Source: Candidatus Lokiarchaeum ossiferum (GTDB lineage: Archaea; Asgardarchaeota; Lokiarchaeia; Sigyniarchaeales; Promethearchaeaceae). From it: a stretch of DNA of 32,000 nt. Each line of letters begins with the position of its first letter. The stretch's first letter is position 1. Positions 26,001 to 32,000 of the stretch are shown piece by piece. The stretch covers positions 1,170,001 through 1,202,000 of the forward strand of contig CP104013.1 in assembly GCA_025839675.1 (NCBI GenBank). The letters run 5' to 3'. A model generated the notes under the pieces. The model made no database searches. It was not told the DNA's origin and saw nothing but the letters and a program-made list of their open reading frames with translations. A program made the position numbers and the translations under genes.

Positions 26001-26143
26001 TCGTCAAGCTCATCATTAAATTTCTCTTGAGTTTTTAAATATGCTTTTTGTTTTGGGAGTTCTCTAATAATTTCCTCCTTTAATTGTTCCATAATCTTGA
26101 CTATTTCTGCGGAATCACTTTTTACCCGCCCATTTTCCATCAT
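23057..26143 (-). CDS. giant all-alpha-helical repeat protein (1028 aa), no TM, no recognised domain
   Basis: Composition is rich in Lys/Glu/Gln/Leu/Asn/Ser throughout, with no hydrophobic helices. Clear internal repeats occur at residues 215-333 (nt 25145-25501): RKIESSPLPTMLESLQKQIG, QKINESPVPNMVRELQIEFG, NKIENSPIPQMIQNVDQRLV and RKVESPAFFTPLVSQVTKSI, spaced ~30-38 residues apart. Degenerate Pro-initiated helices continue downstream. Confidence 0.8.
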   Translation of the reverse strand: MMENGRVKSDSAEIVKIMEQLKEEIIRELPKQKAYLKTQEKFNDELDDLNLAHKENKLVLENVKLEISKFSKGVENANKNQTEVLGDLIKTVGEGFDDFQTHLQKFASNVSHLNSSEIEQSSKKILKTLENDTKTILNSLAPLQSLLGKEQFAKFIAEFNKMLLDISDKLHNKMELSTTELLAGQKILASADLVKNLQKNLYESLVQKLESIYRKIESSPLPTMLESLQKQIGTDITRKVGQIEQKINESPVPNMVRELQIEFGKELNKNTALLSNKIENSPIPQMIQNVDQRLVSLEKNTLLKSNQRMEDHIRKVESPAFFTPLVSQVTKSISENNSKLGKYIDTSILQTTAALGKEKSINSIREGLGVLQSEISKTSKAVDLEKLRKDLDLINALPEINKLQKNLAKYVETAPKDAQVVSIQKTLAQLSSQVAQLSLESSLKQLEKTIQKQDPTPIVKTLIPEVQKLISPLATQKEVKDLSEKTLRISQDVAKLPNQGIIEKIRQNTDTIIPNRLEQDTKQVLSASKENFTVSSANKELLIKQSEKLNQVNTQLNTVAKNQNLNEFRLLYEKSFPTIKTEIMGEIGKLEKEHLQHFQLLSKTQEELGNLNKSTQKVPELVQFVTKDLYAQVNQGKQDLSQFSSRSLENTTNIEKTLNNLNGKVALESTMVEIKKNTSPEWYKEFLGEIKNAILPVVRSCTEPLAQKQVLDSISHDFAISINQILANIGKTHENHTNLMSVAQDTRKVVSNLPNHEEFSSFQRSIDLLVKERLPEIIEEALLLTAKEDSLDKMKAEVRADLKELFAIQTLVQDTTKANREDFEQYSKVFDKFSEFTTTSLNSIYENVSEGAWDRYLDQIKMPLNRLAKEESLNSFKHYFERQHNDLLGLSEDMKQKILVNQTKLGTVQDLIGNTATQENLINLAEIMVSQIKNPLEESLKPSINASAKQDTLISNHEAVMEVLNNFAKRDEILKIQTDQDTMNKFLFKLLKITENNEEHFNYLGEQLVSLSEKLTLLFEFLKRVSGV

Positions 26144-26439
26144 AATCTACTCCACAATCTGCATTACACTTTTAGAAGAGTTCATATATGTAACTCTTTC
26201 TTAAGTATGAAATACCAAATTGATTATATAATCAGTTCGTGTTAGGAAGTTTTTCAGAAGATTTGTGAAGAATCGATGGTTTTTGACTTCCAAATATTAA
26301 AAAATTAGATTTTTTTCAATAAAATTTTGCATTTTTTTTAACCATTTAAATATTAATGGCAAAAATGCACTCCTAATACTATAGAAACTATTTTCTTTTG
26401 TTCAAATCAAAAAAAATAATCTCGAAGGTAAGCTGACCA

Positions 26440-27054
26440 ATGCAAATCGGAGAAATGGAAATATCGGCGTTACAAGAAATTGGAAATATTGGAGCATCGC
26501 ACGCAACCACAGCATTGTCAGACATGTTAGATTCGATTGTATTGCCTACCCCGACTAGACCACCTGTGATAACAATGGCTCAAATTCCAGAGATCATTGC
26601 TCAGAGAGGAAAAGTCGTAACTATTTATGAGGAAGTATTAGGCACGGTAGAAGCAGGAATTTTAATGGTGATTCCGTATTTCTTTACCAACGTAGTAGTA
26701 GATAATGTTCTAGGGATGCCGATAGAACGAGAAGATCCAAATACCATTTCAAAACTCGGAGAAATGGATGAAAGTGCCATGACAGAAATTGGTAGCATTC
26801 TCAATGGGCATTACGTCACCAGTATCAGTGATTTTATTTCAGTCTCCATGGTATGCACCCCCCCCAAAATTGGATTTGGCACATTTCAAAATGTTAATCT
26901 ACGCTCAAAAATTCAATACGCCCTGGTTATTCATAATGAACTAAAAATGGAAGGCGTGGATGCCATCTTGGGTGATTTCTTTTTCTTGCCCGACAAGGCC
27001 GCCATCGATTATATGATGAAAGCTTTGGGATTGGATATGATGTTAGCAATGTAA
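26440..27054 (+). CDS. cheC: CheC-like protein (CheC/CheX/FliY phosphatase family)
   Basis: 204 aa with the duplicated CheC signature. Site 1 is S-ALQ-E-IG-N-IGASHATTALSDML...P, with E and N conserved. Site 2 is S-AMT-E-IG-S-ILNGHYVTSISDF...P, where the catalytic Asn position is Ser. Compare B. subtilis CheC EVGNIGAGNAATALS / EIGNILAGSYLTALS, recalled from memory. Confidence 0.75.
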   Translation: MQIGEMEISALQEIGNIGASHATTALSDMLDSIVLPTPTRPPVITMAQIPEIIAQRGKVVTIYEEVLGTVEAGILMVIPYFFTNVVVDNVLGMPIEREDPNTISKLGEMDESAMTEIGSILNGHYVTSISDFISVSMVCTPPKIGFGTFQNVNLRSKIQYALVIHNELKMEGVDAILGDFFFLPDKAAIDYMMKALGLDMMLAM

Positions 27055-27072
27055 TTAATAAAAAAAAGAATA

Positions 27073-27342
27073 TTATTTTTTTAAAGTCTGTAACAATTCA
27101 AAATAGAGATGTTTGTATAAGGCAAGATCGTGCTGTGATTTTTCAAGTTTTGCCTGTAAGGTCTCGATTTCTTCTTTTAACTGAGAAACTTCGTCATTTT
27201 TTTCCATTATTTTTTGAAAAGTGGTATTCGACATACCAGACCCAAAGGTTTTTTGCAAAATTTTTTGCACATCACGTTGGGGCATGCCAGCTTCCAATAA
27301 TTTTTTCGCGAGATTAACTTTAGCTTCACTGGATTTTGGCAT
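27073..27342 (-). CDS. small helix-turn-helix plus leucine-zipper/coiled-coil protein
   Basis: 89 aa. The N-terminal AKKLLEAGMPQRDVQKILQKTFGSGMSNTTFQKI is HTH-like. The C-terminal QLKEEIETLQAKLEKSQHDLALYKHLYFELLQTL is coiled coil. Its start lies 7 nt after the stop of the upstream gene (27350), so the two are probably co-transcribed. Confidence 0.6.
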   Translation of the reverse strand: MPKSSEAKVNLAKKLLEAGMPQRDVQKILQKTFGSGMSNTTFQKIMEKNDEVSQLKEEIETLQAKLEKSQHDLALYKHLYFELLQTLKK

Positions 27343-27349
27343 TAAACCA

Positions 27350-29830
27350 TCACTTTCCTTTATGTTGAGTCAAATTTTGTTGATGAAATCGAGAATTAAT
27401 TGCATCATTCGAGTTTGTATTTTCTTCTGACATTTTAATTCGTTTACTTTCAACATCCTCCAAAATTTTCCTATGCTCAAAAATTAAAGAATTAAATGAT
27501 GGTTCTAAAATTTCATTAAGGGATACTTTTTCCCGACAATTAGGACAGAAGAGATACTCTTGTTCCTGCAAAATTTCGATTTCTTTGGCAGTAAATTCTA
27601 ACATTTCCTTACAAATGGGACACATGTATTCAGCTTTTTCCTTAGGAAAGGAGCTTCCTTTCTGAGGAATACTTGTATTTTGGTCTTGAATCGAATTATA
27701 ATAAAACTCATTTTGCTCTTGTCTTAGTTTTTCTTGTTGATATTTTAGTTCTTCTTGTTTTAGATCCAATTCTTCTTGCTTTACCTTCAATTTATTTTGT
27801 CGGAGAAGACTTCTGTTAATTTTTTTATTGTGCCTTATTTTATCATAGTTTTCTAACCAAAGATTCATTTCTCCAGAAATCGGCTTGAAAAAACCTTCTG
27901 AATAAATTTTAATATTAAAATATTGAATTTGGAAAATAACACCAGATAAACTTAATACTATAACTCCAAAAATGATCGATAAGACTTGTAAAAATTCCCA
28001 ACCTTGCATATTTAATAAGATTGAAAAAAATATAAGACCAAAAGAGATTATAAAGTCAGAAATCAGAAAGTATTTCCCATCATTCCATCCAATTTTTATA
28101 AAGAGAAAAGCAGATTGAAGGAGAACGAAAATCAGAAAAGAGATTAGATGCAAAATGAATTGATTGGGATAAATCATTGTGTTGAAGATTATAACGGGCC
28201 ATATAATTAATCGAATACCATGAATTAAATCAAATAGAGGAGATTCAATTTTCTGTGCTTGCTTTTGTTTCTTTTGTAGTTGAGCACTCATAAATGGATT
28301 GATTAAGTAAATTTCAATGATAATTAGAACTATTCCGATTGGTGGAAATATAATAGAAAAAGCGATATTTAAAACAACACTGGATAGAAAAATCAAGAGG
28401 CTATAGTCTTTTTTACCATTCTTGAAGTAATCTTTGAGAGAATTCGGATGTGTTGGTATGAACAAGATAATTAGAGTAAAAATGGTAATTAATCCAACTG
28501 GAATGTAAGCAAAAGGAAGAATCCCCCAATTGAAGCGATTTAATCCCAAAAAGGTGATATAAAGAAATGACATACTTGCTAAAATAGAGATAGCAAGGGA
28601 AGAAAGCCAGGATCCATTGAATAGATAGTGAATATAATTTTTCATATTAATTTCAGCGGTTCCGATTTCTATATTTTGATCGCCTTTCTTACTGGTTTTG
28701 TTATCTAAGCTAGAGTCTTCAATAAATGCGGTCTTTGGGAGTGGAATAGAAAATAATTTTGAGATAGATTTAGAATTTTGACTTTTCACAAATCGTTTTT
28801 CTTCTTTAATCAATGATTCTTCAATTTTTCGCAATTCTTGATATTTTTGATAATCAGCCCGATCATAACCTGAAAATAAAGTGTAAGGAGGTTTAACAGT
28901 ACGATCAGACCTCAAGGGAATTTCTTTTTCAGATTTCGATGTTGCATACATCCGCATTGCTTTCTTCTCTAATCTTTTAAGTTTACGATCAAAACGGGAA
29001 TTAGTGATAACTGCGGGAATTTCGCTTATGATACAACCAATCTGAAGTGTTATCAAAAAGACAAGGCAGATAATCTGAATATAAAACACTTCAGAGAATT
29101 GTTTGAAAAAAGCAGAATAGTTAACATATCTTCCATAGGCTGGGTTATGCATAGCAGGAATTTGCAATCCAAAAATTCCAATAAATGTAAATATACATAA
29201 TTCGATTATGAAATCTAATAAAATAGCTTTTATGAAATGAAAATCCTGAATTAACAACAAAAAAAAAATTATTGAACTTAAAATCAAAATAGTTGACGCT
29301 CCATCCTCAAAAATGGTATAACTTTGATCATTAAAGTAATAAACAACACATCCTATCAAAATAGCAGGTGTTAGAATAGAATAAGGTTTATAAATCTGTT
29401 TCAATTTAGAAATGAAGGCGTTTTGATCTTCATCATCCATTTTAGCACGAATTCGTTTCTGTGAAGAATAATAAATACCAGTTAAAATTCCGATGAAAAT
29501 AGAATAGATCATTTCAGGAATAGTTAATCGAAAAACGATGTAGTCTATCAAAAAATGTCTATTTCCAAATTCTGGAATAAAGAAACCAACAATATAGAAC
29601 AAAGTTATCATAAAAAAACTTGTAATGGAAGAATTATCGATTTTCAAAATGAGATAAGGAAGCACAAACACCCCCCACCATAATGCCCATATAATTCGGG
29701 TAGAAATACCGCTTTTAAATAATTGCGAATAAATTTGACCTTCAGCGGAGGTAATACTATAAGTAAGCGTAGTCCCAATTCCAACTAATAATGATTGAAG
29801 CATGAATTTTTTTTGTGTCTTTTGAGTCAT
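27350..29830 (-). CDS. large polytopic membrane protein with C-terminal coiled coil and zinc ribbon
   Basis: 826 aa. Two bundles of hydrophobic helices (residues ~10-290 and ~410-640) are separated by a charged ~120-aa loop. A Lys/Glu/Gln-rich coiled coil follows (LKVKQEELDLKQEELKYQQEKLRQEQ), then the ribbon CPICKEM...x19...CPNC (nt 27533-27622). No family is recognised. Confidence 0.75.
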   Translation of the reverse strand: MTQKTQKKFMLQSLLVGIGTTLTYSITSAEGQIYSQLFKSGISTRIIWALWWGVFVLPYLILKIDNSSITSFFMITLFYIVGFFIPEFGNRHFLIDYIVFRLTIPEMIYSIFIGILTGIYYSSQKRIRAKMDDEDQNAFISKLKQIYKPYSILTPAILIGCVVYYFNDQSYTIFEDGASTILILSSIIFFLLLIQDFHFIKAILLDFIIELCIFTFIGIFGLQIPAMHNPAYGRYVNYSAFFKQFSEVFYIQIICLVFLITLQIGCIISEIPAVITNSRFDRKLKRLEKKAMRMYATSKSEKEIPLRSDRTVKPPYTLFSGYDRADYQKYQELRKIEESLIKEEKRFVKSQNSKSISKLFSIPLPKTAFIEDSSLDNKTSKKGDQNIEIGTAEINMKNYIHYLFNGSWLSSLAISILASMSFLYITFLGLNRFNWGILPFAYIPVGLITIFTLIILFIPTHPNSLKDYFKNGKKDYSLLIFLSSVVLNIAFSIIFPPIGIVLIIIEIYLINPFMSAQLQKKQKQAQKIESPLFDLIHGIRLIIWPVIIFNTMIYPNQFILHLISFLIFVLLQSAFLFIKIGWNDGKYFLISDFIISFGLIFFSILLNMQGWEFLQVLSIIFGVIVLSLSGVIFQIQYFNIKIYSEGFFKPISGEMNLWLENYDKIRHNKKINRSLLRQNKLKVKQEELDLKQEELKYQQEKLRQEQNEFYYNSIQDQNTSIPQKGSSFPKEKAEYMCPICKEMLEFTAKEIEILQEQEYLFCPNCREKVSLNEILEPSFNSLIFEHRKILEDVESKRIKMSEENTNSNDAINSRFHQQNLTQHKGK

Positions 29831-30060
29831 TTAATTTCACTCCTATGATGGAATAATAGATAACATTGCTATTTAATTGTTATTATTTGCTATCTTTCTT
29901 GAAAAAAAAATATACAAATAAGTCATTAACTAAGCAATAATAATTTGATGTGGAAAATTGAAATGGACTTTATAGATTAATTGTCTATTCATTGCAAATA
30001 CAGATAAAAAGTGAAGATATTAAAATATTGATGCTCAAGTCAAGACAAAATTTCTTACAA

Positions 30061-31011
30061 TTAATCAGAATCTTGAATATTGGATTCCCAAATCGGTTTG
30101 AAATTCATCATTTTTTCCATGGAACATTTGGGACATTGAAAGAGATCCGCCGAGGTCTCATAGTACATCGTGGATCGTAAAAAACGCATTTTGGTTCCAC
30201 ATTCACGACATATTTCATGATCTGCTTTCTGATTCTGCACATTAGACTCATTCTCCATAATTGGTGTGGTCATGGGAACAAGTTCATGAGTATCATCAAT
30301 CACAAAAAAACTATAAGTTGCTGAAGGATTAAGATTCAATTCTAGAGGTACTTCAACGAGCTGACGTTTTTTTTCCAAACCTTGCACTTCAAACGAAAGT
30401 TCTTTAACCTGTCCCTTAAACTTTTGATGGAGAGATTGAATAATTTCCATAGGATAAGGTATTTCCTTGGAAAAATAATTGTGGATGAGAAAGTCACGAA
30501 TTTCTTGCCCTTTGATTAAAACTGAGTGGCATTGATCACAAAGAGAAAAATCAATACTTTTCTCGAGGGTCTGACATGAAGAACAATAACTAAATTGAGA
30601 CACATCGATTAAATCTAAGACTTCCACCATGTTCTTTTTTATTTCTTGAAAATTTTCTTGTAACTCATTCAATTTAGAAACGGAGGAAATGATTTTTGGG
30701 AGATCTTCTTCTCCAAAATCAGTAATTTTATTCAATGAAGAATTAGTCTGGAAGATGGAGGCTTTTATTAGCAAGATTAAATGATTTATATGAGATTCTG
30801 CTTGAGAATACGATACATTTTTAGGTTTATTGGAAGTATCTACTTGAGTAAAAATAGGAAATGACGCAGAAATTTGACCTACAATTTGAATAATTTGAGC
30901 AACCCAATGATCAATCAAATTTTTCGGTGAAGTTTTTTGCTCAGACATAGAAATTTGACTCTCGGGAAAATCTTCAATGGAATTTATCTGAGTATTTTTT
31001 TGGGGTGCCAT
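30061..31011 (-). CDS. hypothetical protein with two Cys4 zinc-ribbon-like motifs
   Basis: 316 aa. The motifs are CSSC-x12-CDQC in the middle and CREC-x21-CPKC near the C-terminus. The N-terminal half is helical, and no family is recognised. Confidence 0.6.
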   Translation of the reverse strand: MAPQKNTQINSIEDFPESQISMSEQKTSPKNLIDHWVAQIIQIVGQISASFPIFTQVDTSNKPKNVSYSQAESHINHLILLIKASIFQTNSSLNKITDFGEEDLPKIISSVSKLNELQENFQEIKKNMVEVLDLIDVSQFSYCSSCQTLEKSIDFSLCDQCHSVLIKGQEIRDFLIHNYFSKEIPYPMEIIQSLHQKFKGQVKELSFEVQGLEKKRQLVEVPLELNLNPSATYSFFVIDDTHELVPMTTPIMENESNVQNQKADHEICRECGTKMRFLRSTMYYETSADLFQCPKCSMEKMMNFKPIWESNIQDSD

Positions 31012-31090
31012 AGCCTATCACAGGATAATTTAAAAAAAAGAAAAAAATGGGGGAATTTCAACCAAATTCATCCCATCATTAAATTCTTTG

Positions 31091-31110
31091 GTGAATTCTG
31101 ACGAATTCAC
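31091..31110. other. perfect 8-bp inverted repeat GTGAATTC-TGAC-GAATTCAC
   Basis: Read directly from the sequence. It lies between the stop of 31135..31341 (minus) and the start of 30061..31011 (minus), so it could be an intercistronic hairpin. Confidence 0.3.
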
Positions 31111-31134
31111 AGCATTTTGGTAATAGTTTGGGGA

Positions 31135-31341
31135 CTAAATATAATATTGTGGTTTTCGTTTGTTTATTTCGATTATTTTTTGTAATCGAACCAATTTTTT
31201 AAATTCACGTATTTCTTCTTCCAATAAACTTTCTACGACAAAGTCATCAAGTTCTTCAATTTCATCCCAATGTGAGGATTCATCGTAGCACGTGAGATCA
31301 TTAGAATTTTGATTATTCTCCTTGCGCAACAGAAGACACAT
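31135..31341 (-). CDS. small acidic hypothetical protein (68 aa)
   Basis: It has an ORF with an acidic core (WDEIEELDDFVVESLLEEEIREF) and is on the same strand as the three downstream genes. No family is recognised. Confidence 0.35.
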   Translation of the reverse strand: MCLLLRKENNQNSNDLTCYDESSHWDEIEELDDFVVESLLEEEIREFKKLVRLQKIIEINKRKPQYYI

Positions 31342-31687
31342 CCTAATAGCTCAATCAATGATTTTGTGAATTCTCATGATTTAACTGCTAAATATGATTG
31401 AAGAATTTTTTTACTTATGGGAGATTATTAAGAATAATTCCAAGAAATATTTTCTATCAATTCACCAAAAAGTCAAAAGAAGAGATTACGGATTACAACA
31501 ACGGAAAACACATTTTCAACGGGCAAAATTTGTAAAAAGAAAATTTAATTCAGAATTTATCAATGTTTTTCCTCAAGGTTAAATTATTTTCTTACATAAA
31601 AGGTTGAACGGGTTCCGTAGAGTGTTTTGATAACAAAAATTGCAAAAAGAATAAAAAAACTTTAATGTAGATGACTTTTAATAAAAT

Positions 31688-32000
31688 ATGAGAAATTTGG
31701 TTGAAATCTATGAATTTTCCGATGATGGTGCTTGGTGTTGGTTTCAAGATCCCAGAGCAATCTTTATTAGAGGCATTTTTACCAAAACCTATGCTCAATG
31801 GATGACTCGAAAGGGAAAATTGCAATGTGGATCTTTCAACCATGAAACTAAAGAGATTAAAACTTTCACTTTAAAAAAAAACTGGGATAGAGACGATCAT
31901 AATGTTGGATCGTTTCTGATTCTTCCTGATAATCGAATTATGGCCTTCTATGCCCGTCATGACAAACCGGGATTATATTCGCGTACTACCGTGAATCCAG
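31688..32000 (+). CDS. BNR_4-like (BNR repeat-containing family) protein, N-terminal fragment running off the window
   Basis: I translated this by hand from the ATG at 31688, which is preceded by an in-frame TAA: MRNLVEIYEFSDDGAWCWFQDPRAIFIRG...NWDRDDHNVGSFLILPDNRIMAFYARHDKPGLYSRTTVNP. No stop occurs before 32000. The DDGAWCWFQDPRA and DDHN..(A/S)..(L/I)LPDGR...FY.RH blocks match my recollection of Pfam BNR_4 proteins. It supersedes the antisense ORF 31592..31843. Confidence 0.55.
   Translation, partial: MRNLVEIYEFSDDGAWCWFQDPRAIFIRGIFTKTYAQWMTRKGKLQCGSFNHETKEIKTFTLKKNWDRDDHNVGSFLILPDNRIMAFYARHDKPGLYSRTTVNP

Noticed and set aside
27073-27342. IS3-family OrfA-like transposase fragment (HTH plus leucine zipper)
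   Set aside because: The architecture is similar. However, there is no OrfB/DDE ORF, no frameshift motif and no terminal inverted repeats nearby, and the gene is translationally coupled to the upstream membrane-protein gene.
2002-27430. Antisense or overlapping short ORFs: 596-793, 2002-2334, 2710-3078, 4765-5031, 7518-7736, 8234-8461, 9596-9844, 15371-15595, 16574-16774, 19093-19281, 19451-19684, 22169-22357, 24876-25163, 25608-25811, 27135-27317, 27221-27430, 29992-30180
   Set aside because: Each lies inside or against a much longer ORF that has recognisable motifs on the other strand or frame. Their translations are low-complexity (Ile/Phe/Ser/Lys-rich), as expected for shadow ORFs in AT-rich DNA.
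31394-31843. ORFs 31394..31582 (plus, 62 aa) and 31592..31843 (minus, 83 aa)
   Set aside because: The minus ORF is antisense to the much more convincing BNR_4-like frame that starts at 31688. The plus ORF is a Lys/Arg/Phe-rich peptide in a spacer with no supporting signal.

Overview
This is an AT-rich archaeal chromosomal window. Archaeal origin follows from a TATA-binding protein gene (2042-2650) and a TFB/TFIIB-family gene (ending at 22502). Recognisable genes are cbiM (10-684, minus), a YhhN-like membrane protein, a GNAT-like protein, a long acyl-CoA dehydrogenase, a flavodoxin-fold protein, an LpxL/HtrB-type acyltransferase, and a truncated BNR_4-like gene at the right edge. Sensory genes are one methyl-accepting chemotaxis protein (13400-15856, minus) and one CheC-like protein (26440-27054, plus); no cheA/W/Y/R/B is present. 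Much of the rest encodes very large repeat or membrane proteins with no catalytic domain I recognise. These are a 14-blade WD40 protein with a C-terminal membrane anchor (2912-6004), a polytopic-membrane plus HEAT/ARM solenoid protein of 1488 aa (8742-13208), a 1028-aa all-helical protein with a ~31-residue repeat (23057-26143), and a minus-strand cluster of zinc-ribbon, coiled-coil and membrane proteins (27073-31341). I saw no rRNA, tRNA, CRISPR array, transposase or integrase. The feature least explained by the ORF track is a GC-enriched, ORF-free segment at about 21215-21440. It folds into a nested multi-helix structure and carries a triplicated AUAUGGUGGC motif. An 18-bp hairpin follows at 21522-21576 and holds a candidate tfb start codon in its loop. 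I could not assign this RNA to a known family by eye. The giant repeat proteins and long homopolymer-rich spacers are reminiscent of Asgard/Lokiarchaeia-type genomes, but that lineage guess is inference only.
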